Positions 17,980 to 25,259 of a stretch of DNA of 64,000 nt are shown piece by piece. The DNA is taken from the NCBI GenBank assembly GCA_030151255.1, contig JASLED010000019.1, positions 1,342-65,341 of the forward strand, written 5' to 3'. A model generated the notes under the pieces. The model made no database searches. It was not told the DNA's origin and saw only the letters and a program-made list of their open reading frames with translations. The DNA is from Flavobacterium sp. (GTDB taxonomy: Bacteria > Bacteroidota > Bacteroidia > Flavobacteriales > Flavobacteriaceae). Every line of letters starts with the position of its first letter. The stretch's first letter is position 1. A program made the position numbers and the translations under genes.

Positions 17980-20900
17980 TTATTTAATCTTATGCGTAAT
18001 ATTTAAATTCGATTTTACCCCGCAATTTTTTATATCTAAACGCACTGGTATTCTTGTTCCTACTTCACATCCATTTCTATATACCTGAACATATAACACA
18101 CTATATTGTGGACCTAATGTTCCTTGATTATCAAGTATATCTCTATATACCTTCAATCCTTTTGGAATTTTATATGTATTTATTGATTGTTCAATTAACG
18201 GTATACCTCCTGTTGCTTCTTTATACACTTTATAAGTATCACAAGCTTGAGAAGCATCGGTTTTTATAATAAAATATCCATCATTACAAACCCCTAAAAT
18301 ATCTGATGTAATATCTTCAATACCATCTACCTTAATTTTTGGCAAAACGCTTACATCAAATACTTTTGTAAAATCGCCTAATACACCTACTACACTTCCG
18401 TAAGCAATTTTTACACGATCAAAAGGTTTGTCTGTTTCTTTTACAATCATTTTAAACTTATTATTGTAGCCTAACCCAAGTAATTTTAATCCTAAAACAT
18501 CCACGCCGCTTGTGCCGTCAATTACATCACCTACTTTTTCTTGTCCTAAATATCTTTGAATTGTATATCCTTTAATTAATTCTAAACTTAAAATAGGATT
18601 ACCTGGATTTTCGATAATAATTTGAATTTGATCGCCTGGCATGGCTTGCTGTTTTAATACAACTGTTAACGTAGCACGATTTGCAACTGCAACACCTCTG
18701 GAAATCATTGCGTAACTCGTTAAATCATTATCTACTGCGTTCCAAGCATCAGAAACAGAAGCCGTAGCACTTGCTACACCCAAGCCAATATCTTCTACTC
18801 CATGTAATACATCTAAAACTGAAGCATGAATATCTTCTACAACTGGTGCGCAATAATTTGAAGAATAATCTACAACTGACTTATTATAATACACACTGTA
18901 AACCTTTGCTAATTGTGCAACACTTACAAGAGCCCCTAAAGTAATACGTACGCCTTTATATGCTTTTGGTCCAGAAATGTTAGAAGGAACAAATGTGAAT
19001 TCAATTACGTTATCAGAAGCTAATAAATCTAATAATCCGCCTTGTACTGATTGTGCTACACCAATAATTACGTTACTTCCATCTAGTCCTTGTACTGTAA
19101 TTCCACCTCCTACAACCAAGCCACTATATTCTTTACCAAGCTTAATTGTAACTGGTGTTCCTGCTGGCACTTCATTTTCAAACTTAACATCTTGCCAAGC
19201 AGTACCTATTCCTAACAATCCCACTCCTGTAACAATTGTTGAGTGTGTTTTTGGATTATTATCAATTGTATTTGCAGTATCTGTAACTCCACCTGTAATT
19301 ATTGATCCCCAAGTAGAACTTCCTTTTGCATAAATTCTTTCTACTTTTGGAGGACATAAACTGCTATCGTAAACTGTAACTATTATATTTTTATAAGATG
19401 AACATCCATTATTTTCTGCCACAACTGTGTAGGTATAAATACCTGGAGTACTAAACGAAGCAGTGCTCGCAGTAATTACATTACCATTAGTGTCGTACCA
19501 CTTAATAATACCATTATTAGCTGTAGCTGTTGGTAATGTAATGTTTGTGTTTACTACAGTCATTATTTGTTGACTTCCTATTATGGTAATAACTGGAGCA
19601 AGTATTTCTGTTACAATAAATTCATCTGAAACCTCAGACAGACTACCTCCTTTTGTATAAACAACAGTATATTTTCCTGGCGAACTAGTGGTTAAGGTTT
19701 TTTCTTTCCCAAAATTTACATTTGTATTATTTCCATTACTCACTAAAGAGCTATCTATTAATTCTCCATTAAAATACCATTGATAAGTATCCGCATCTGC
19801 TGTATCTATGTTTGAATCTAATGTAAACTCTGTGTTAGAACATAATGCATTTGCTTTATCAGAAGTAATTACAGCTTTTACCAACAATGGTAATGTTGTA
19901 CTAACTTTGATAATGGTACCTGGTTGTTTTGAAACATCAGGAGTGGTTGGATTTTCGTTATTTAAAGGTGGATATGATGGATACGAAGTTTCCGTTCCTA
20001 CTTTAGAAAATGCAATATTTTTGATTTCAATAATTCCTTGTAAATCTTGAATTACATTAACAACAAACGTAAATGTTTGAACAGCACCAGGAGCAATAGT
20101 TGTAGGAATATTAAACGTAACTAATCCGTTAGCTTCCTGCCCTTGAGTAGACGAAACAAACTCCATTCCTACTGGAATATTATCTGTTATAACAATTCCG
20201 CTAACTGGAGTATTGCTTACGTTTTTAACATGAATCGTATATTCTACTTCTTCTCCTCCATATACCGAGGTTAAAGTTTCATCTCCATTAATTTTATATG
20301 ACTTCCACGTAACTAAACTTTGGTTTGATCCGGCTGGTTTACACAATCTTTCTACACTGTAAACTTCAACAGGAGGAAATACTCCAACATTTACAAGATT
20401 CTTAAGTTCAATTACAATTCTATTATATTGTCCATTTATTTGAAAAGGAATATCTGCAGCTTGAGATGAGTTTAGTAAGTTAATTACATCCACACCTTGT
20501 ACCAAACCATTATTCCAGTTTAATTGTTCCACAAATGTTTCATCATTATATGCAGCAATTCTTAAACTTTCTAAAAGAGGAACAGTTACTCCTCCTGTAC
20601 CCACTTTTAATCGAATATTTGTAATTTCATTTGGCTCAGACAATGTTGTAAAATCAATCCATTGCTTCACAGTTGAACCAACCGCAATAGTTCCTAATGT
20701 AATTTGTGATCCGTGCGTTGAATTACCATCAATTGCACGTTCTGGATAAGTAACACCTGCACCACCCAATGCATTTACAGATAAGTTGATTCCGCTATAT
20801 TCATAAGAAGTTACAAATGCATCTGTACAGTTATTTGTTGTTGTTTCATAACACATACCGTATACATTCATTGTATTTGGTTTTGCTAATAAACCTACTA

Positions 20901-23700
20901 CACTATTTGTATTATCTGTAATACGTACCGATTTATATGCCTGAGTTGGTGTAATAGCTAAATAAGTACGTCCTAATTTATCTATTACTACTCTTATTTT
21001 ACCAGCATTGTAACTAGATGTTATATTTTGAGAACCTTGTTTTAAGATTGTTGTTCCGTTTGCGTCTTTTACATCTATTGTAAACGAATGATCTCCTAGT
21101 AATAATCCATCAACTATTCCTGACACTAAATTTCCTAAGCTTCCACTAAGTAGTTTTTTTAATTCAGAACCTTCAAAATCAATTCTCACATATGAGGTTG
21201 TATTTGCAGGCACTACGTTATCATATCCTAATTCTACAAAACCTTCATGCTTATTTATGCCAAGTAAAAATCCGGCACCCGATTCTAATGTTGCATAAGA
21301 ATCAAAATCGTCATCGAATAGGTTATCAAGATCATTTGCGTTTGCTGCGTCAATAATTTTTGAAGCACAAACTGGAGCTATAAACGGAGATGCTGTTTTT
21401 ATTTCCGGACAGTTTTCACTTACTCTTTTTACGCTGTATAATCGAACAGGAGCTGTTACTCCAGCGCTTAAAATTGTTCCCACTTGTATTTCTACACGAT
21501 CAAATACTTGTGTGGTAGGAAAAGACAAAGTTTGAATTCCTCCAGATTTAAATAAAGCTAATAAATCTAAATTATTAATTAATCCTTGTTGCAGTATAAA
21601 TGATTCTTTTTCTTCTCCTCCTAGATAAGTAACAATTCTATATCTACCTAAAACATCTGCTGATAACAAAGAATTTGGATTAAATTGTAAACGTACTTTT
21701 ACTTCATCGCCAACAATTGAAGGCTGTCCGAAATAAATAGTTTGTTTTACCATTGCTGCTACCCCAACTGTACCTACGCTGATTTCTGAAAATTCTGACG
21801 AATTTCCGCTAATTGCATAATACGGATTAGTAACCCCTGCACCATTTAACCCTGCAACACTTAAGCTTAATCCTTGTTGATTATATGAAGTAAATTGCGG
21901 AGCTAAACACGCATCTTTACCTATTTCTCGACACATATTGTATACCTTCAATACAGCAGGTTTACCTGTACTTAATAAACTTGTACTTTTATTGGTAATT
22001 TTTATGCTATTATATTTTGCACTTGGCGTTACTGCAATATAATATCTGCCAATGTTGTCTTGTACTAATGTAACAGTTCCTCCAGTAGTTGATGAAAAAC
22101 CATTGTTACTTACTGATTCTGTAACTAATGTTGCTCCATCAAAAGCCTTTACATCAAAATAATGTTTGCCTATTACTAGCCCAAGTACACCATCTACAAC
22201 TTGGCCTAATGTTCCTCCTAATAATTTTTCAAGAACTTCCTTTTCCATATCAATACGGATATAAGAAGTTGTATTAGCAGGTACAACATTTGAATATCCT
22301 AGATGAATCATTCCTGTTTTTGCTGCAGAAGACAACAAAGTACCATCGTCTGCATAAAGTGTTGCATACGACTCATTATTATTGTCAATAGCATTATAGG
22401 CAAAATCAACATTATCAAAATCTAATAAAGAAGTTGAACAAGAAGGAGTTTCGAATGGAACTGAAGTTGGAACTGGAATTGTATAATTTGGATTTACACA
22501 AGCTAATTCATAATATCTTTGTACATCATAAATACGCACCCCTCCACTTGCTACTCCAACAGTTACTCCTTTATTTAGTCTAACTTCTACTTTATCAAAT
22601 GCTTTACCAGGTGCAAACGTTAAGGTACCAGGAGTACTTCCTCCTATTAAACCTAAAATATCTACCCCATTTAACAAACCTCCTTTAAGAGATTTTGAAT
22701 ATACCAAAGTTGAGCCTTTATAAGCATTTACCTCAATTCCGGCTAATAAATCTAAATTTAAAAGTCCTGTATTTGCTCCTAATTTTATATTAAAAGTACT
22801 TTCTGGAGAAGAAGTTGTTGGAAAATAAAAATATTGAGAAATATGACCACCAACATTTACATCTACCAAGCTACCCGATTGCAACAGTGAATAAGTATCT
22901 AAACTATCATCAATTGCAGCATTTAAACGTTGTGACTGAATCTGTAATAGGTCCAAAGAAATACCTGCGCCATCATATGAAGTTCCTAAAGGTTTACCAC
23001 ATGAAGCAGAGCTTCCGCTTGTATATGTAAAGGCTTTGTAAACATCAATTTTATATTCTGTAAACAAGCCAACCAAAGACAATGCTTTATTTGAAATTTT
23101 AATACTTCTATAATCTTGATCAGGATTAATAGCTAATAAATATTTACCTTCTTTATTTTCTATTAACCTTACTCTATCTGTATTAAAACCATAAACAATA
23201 CCACTGCCGCTACCACTGCTACCATTACTACTTGCTGTTAATACCGTTGTATTTGCATTATTTATTGCTTCTACTTTTATCTCTTGCTTACCAAGAAGTA
23301 TAGCACCTAATAGATCGCTTAAAGTTTTACCTAGAGTTCCTCCTAATAAAGCCGAAAATAAATCAGAATCTCCACTTAACTCAACATAAGACCAGGTATT
23401 TGCTTTTATCTCATTTGGAAATTTAACCTCAATAAAACTAGTATAATTACCCAACGCTAATAAACCTCCTGGAGATGCATATAAAGTTGCGTAAGTATTA
23501 TCATCAGTATTTACATTTAAAGGGTTGTCAACTACATTTGGTCCTAATAGAGATTTTTTACTTGTATCATGTTTTGAATATTGCGCTATTACTTTGCCTT
23601 GTGCCCAAGAGTGACTCATTGGTACAAAAAACAGAATTAATAATGCAACTGCGAAAAAACTCATTGAATTCCTTTTTCTTAGTAGTTCTTTGATAATCAT
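17980..23700 (-). CDS. giant modular cell-surface/adhesin-like protein (1906 aa) with no recognizable T9SS CTD
   Basis: Uninterrupted 5.7-kb ORF with a Sec-type signal (…FFAVALLILFFVPMSHSWAQ). It has three ~360-aa super-repeats, a DUF11-like segment (VEYTIHVKNVSNTPVSGIVITDNIPVGMEFV), Ig-like segments with Y.WY and GC motifs, and two further degenerate modules. Confidence 0.8.
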   Translation of the reverse strand: MIIKELLRKRNSMSFFAVALLILFFVPMSHSWAQGKVIAQYSKHDTSKKSLLGPNVVDNPLNVNTDDNTYATLYASPGGLLALGNYTSFIEVKFPNEIKANTWSYVELSGDSDLFSALLGGTLGKTLSDLLGAILLGKQEIKVEAINNANTTVLTASSNGSSGSGSGIVYGFNTDRVRLIENKEGKYLLAINPDQDYRSIKISNKALSLVGLFTEYKIDVYKAFTYTSGSSASCGKPLGTSYDGAGISLDLLQIQSQRLNAAIDDSLDTYSLLQSGSLVDVNVGGHISQYFYFPTTSSPESTFNIKLGANTGLLNLDLLAGIEVNAYKGSTLVYSKSLKGGLLNGVDILGLIGGSTPGTLTFAPGKAFDKVEVRLNKGVTVGVASGGVRIYDVQRYYELACVNPNYTIPVPTSVPFETPSCSTSLLDFDNVDFAYNAIDNNNESYATLYADDGTLLSSAAKTGMIHLGYSNVVPANTTSYIRIDMEKEVLEKLLGGTLGQVVDGVLGLVIGKHYFDVKAFDGATLVTESVSNNGFSSTTGGTVTLVQDNIGRYYIAVTPSAKYNSIKITNKSTSLLSTGKPAVLKVYNMCREIGKDACLAPQFTSYNQQGLSLSVAGLNGAGVTNPYYAISGNSSEFSEISVGTVGVAAMVKQTIYFGQPSIVGDEVKVRLQFNPNSLLSADVLGRYRIVTYLGGEEKESFILQQGLINNLDLLALFKSGGIQTLSFPTTQVFDRVEIQVGTILSAGVTAPVRLYSVKRVSENCPEIKTASPFIAPVCASKIIDAANANDLDNLFDDDFDSYATLESGAGFLLGINKHEGFVELGYDNVVPANTTSYVRIDFEGSELKKLLSGSLGNLVSGIVDGLLLGDHSFTIDVKDANGTTILKQGSQNITSSYNAGKIRVVIDKLGRTYLAITPTQAYKSVRITDNTNSVVGLLAKPNTMNVYGMCYETTTNNCTDAFVTSYEYSGINLSVNALGGAGVTYPERAIDGNSTHGSQITLGTIAVGSTVKQWIDFTTLSEPNEITNIRLKVGTGGVTVPLLESLRIAAYNDETFVEQLNWNNGLVQGVDVINLLNSSQAADIPFQINGQYNRIVIELKNLVNVGVFPPVEVYSVERLCKPAGSNQSLVTWKSYKINGDETLTSVYGGEEVEYTIHVKNVSNTPVSGIVITDNIPVGMEFVSSTQGQEANGLVTFNIPTTIAPGAVQTFTFVVNVIQDLQGIIEIKNIAFSKVGTETSYPSYPPLNNENPTTPDVSKQPGTIIKVSTTLPLLVKAVITSDKANALCSNTEFTLDSNIDTADADTYQWYFNGELIDSSLVSNGNNTNVNFGKEKTLTTSSPGKYTVVYTKGGSLSEVSDEFIVTEILAPVITIIGSQQIMTVVNTNITLPTATANNGIIKWYDTNGNVITASTASFSTPGIYTYTVVAENNGCSSYKNIIVTVYDSSLCPPKVERIYAKGSSTWGSIITGGVTDTANTIDNNPKTHSTIVTGVGLLGIGTAWQDVKFENEVPAGTPVTIKLGKEYSGLVVGGGITVQGLDGSNVIIGVAQSVQGGLLDLLASDNVIEFTFVPSNISGPKAYKGVRITLGALVSVAQLAKVYSVYYNKSVVDYSSNYCAPVVEDIHASVLDVLHGVEDIGLGVASATASVSDAWNAVDNDLTSYAMISRGVAVANRATLTVVLKQQAMPGDQIQIIIENPGNPILSLELIKGYTIQRYLGQEKVGDVIDGTSGVDVLGLKLLGLGYNNKFKMIVKETDKPFDRVKIAYGSVVGVLGDFTKVFDVSVLPKIKVDGIEDITSDILGVCNDGYFIIKTDASQACDTYKVYKEATGGIPLIEQSINTYKIPKGLKVYRDILDNQGTLGPQYSVLYVQVYRNGCEVGTRIPVRLDIKNCGVKSNLNITHKIK
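20341..23538 (-). repeat. three divergent ~360-codon super-repeats inside the giant ORF (similar at protein level, not identical DNA)
   Basis: By hand count the repeats cover residues ~55-400, ~425-762 and ~785-1120. Recurring strings include SYATL, VVPANTTSY[IV]RID, LL[GS]G[ST]LG, GR[YT]Y[IL]A[VI]TP, VY[NG]MC, GAGVT.P..AI[SD]GNS, FDRVEI and VR[IL]Y[SD]V. Confidence 0.7.
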
Positions 23701-24393
23701 AGCTTAATAATTAATGGTAACAATCTTTTTTAGATTTTTTCAAATACTTAAATAACAGCATTAATCACATTTTTTATGTTAAATAAAAAACACTAAAAAC
23801 ATATTCAATATGAATTATTTAATACAAAAAATTAATAAAAATAACTTTAAAACATAATAAACAAACAATAAAAACATCCATATTGTTTATATATAAAATA
23901 ATTACATTATATTAACATTTAATACATTATAGCAAAATATTAAAAAAATTTTTTTTATTAACAAAAAAGAATTTAAGATACAGTTAATTAAGAAAAAACA
24001 ATTATAATCAAAAGAAAATTCACCAATACTGCTAAATAATTAATTTTAATTAATATTTTATGTTTAAATTTATTTTATTAGAAAAGTTATTTTTTAATTT
24101 TTACACAAAACTAATTAATATTTAACAAAAATGGACCTTTTAGGATACCTTCCAGGTGTCAATCGATCCGAAAAATTAAACACACTCTTCGCAAAGCAAG
24201 TATTTACAAAGGATACACATCTATTTAGAATAAAAATAAATTATACCTTTTTCTTCTAAAATTGATAAAACACTTCTGTTTTTAAAGCAAAAACTAAGTT
24301 TAATCATCATTTTTCAATTACTAAAAACGGGAGAAAATTCTATTACAATTTTATAAACATCAAACTTTTCTTATCAAAAAAAGAAAAAAAAAC

Positions 24394-24438
24394 ACGAAAT
24401 AGTATAAAACAAAAAAGGGAATCTTTCGATTCCCTTCT
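24394..24438. repeat. right copy of the ~45-bp imperfect direct repeat
   Basis: It has the same 18-nt hairpin core and the same cgaa(a)tagtata flank as the copy at 11329-11373. Confidence 0.7.
24411..24434 (-). terminator. intrinsic terminator downstream of the Zn-metallopeptidase gene (identical hairpin to 11349-11366)
   Basis: The hairpin gggaatctttcgattccc is at 24417-24434. On the minus strand it is followed by T6 (complement of the A6 at 24411-24416). Confidence 0.7.
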
Positions 24439-24472
24439 TCTACAATTTAAATATAATTTAGAACAATACTTA

Positions 24473-25144
24473 TTACCTTCTGTTCATATAAATCATTACA
24501 TAATATAATAATGTACCCAGTGATGATAAAGCAGCAACAACATAAGTTCTTGCAGCCCATTTTAAAGAATCTTCAGCACCAGCATATTCTTGTTGAGTAA
24601 CCATGTTTTTTGATTGCAACCATTTTAAAGCTCTATTACTAGCATCATATTCTACCGGTAACGTAATAAAAGCGAAGATAGTTGTAAATGCAAACAAAAT
24701 AATTCCTATAAGCAGTAATTGTGGAAACGTATTCAGCATAAGAACTCCTCCAATCAAAAACATAGGCATCACTTTTGACGAAATACTTAATACAGGAACC
24801 AATTGTGATCTGAAATTTAACCAATGATATGATTGTGCATGTTGAACCGCATGCCCAACTTCATGGGCAGCAACAGCGGCTGCGGCTGCATTTCTTTGGT
24901 TATAAACTGCTTCACTAAGGTTTACAGTTTTATCCATAGGATTATAATGATCTGTCAGTCTACCAGGAATAGAAATAACTTTTACATCATATATACCGTT
25001 ATCCATAAGCATTTTTTGAGCAATTTCTGCACCGCTCATCCCATTTTGAAGATAAACCTTAGAATACTTATCAAATTTAACTTGTAATTGTTTGCCAACC
25101 CACCAACTAGCGGCCATCATGGCAATCATAAAAATCCAAATCAT
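24473..25144 (-). CDS. membrane zinc metallopeptidase (YugP / Zn_peptidase_2-like)
   Basis: 223 aa with an N-terminal TM, the HExxH motif HEVGHAVQH, and C-terminal TM helices. Confidence 0.8.
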   Translation of the reverse strand: MIWIFMIAMMAASWWVGKQLQVKFDKYSKVYLQNGMSGAEIAQKMLMDNGIYDVKVISIPGRLTDHYNPMDKTVNLSEAVYNQRNAAAAAVAAHEVGHAVQHAQSYHWLNFRSQLVPVLSISSKVMPMFLIGGVLMLNTFPQLLLIGIILFAFTTIFAFITLPVEYDASNRALKWLQSKNMVTQQEYAGAEDSLKWAARTYVVAALSSLGTLLYYVMIYMNRR

Positions 25145-25213
25145 ATAATCTACTTAATTTGTATAAGTTAGAGCAAATCCTTTGCCAACTCCAACTCTAA
25201 GACATTATGTCAT

Positions 25214-25249
25214 AAAAAAAGGAAATGTTCTGACAACATTTCCTTTTTT
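25214..25249. terminator. terminator downstream of infB
   Basis: The hairpin ggaaatgtt-ctgac-aacatttcc (25221-25243) is flanked by an A7 run and a T6 run. Confidence 0.7.
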
Positions 25250-25259
25250 ATATATAAAA

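Noticed and set aside
18054-23693. Several 60-120-aa plus-strand ORFs inside the giant gene (18054-18269, 18977-19333, 19808-20050, 22815-23030, 23475-23693).
   Set aside because: All lie antisense within one uninterrupted 5.7-kb ORF that has a coherent domain structure. Their translations are low-complexity with no motifs. They are shadow ORFs typical of AT-rich coding DNA.
24131-24259. 42-codon plus-strand ORF in the GC-richer patch of the operon's upstream spacer, considered as a real small gene.
   Set aside because: The opposite strand is also open across most of it, there is no recognisable motif, and I found no promoter. It is kept only as part of the spacer finding and is not called as a CDS.
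23701-24472. Invertible (phase-variable) promoter upstream of the giant adhesin gene.
   Set aside because: I found no pair of inverted repeats of 12 nt or more flanking a promoter-like segment, and no site-specific recombinase gene is present anywhere in the window.
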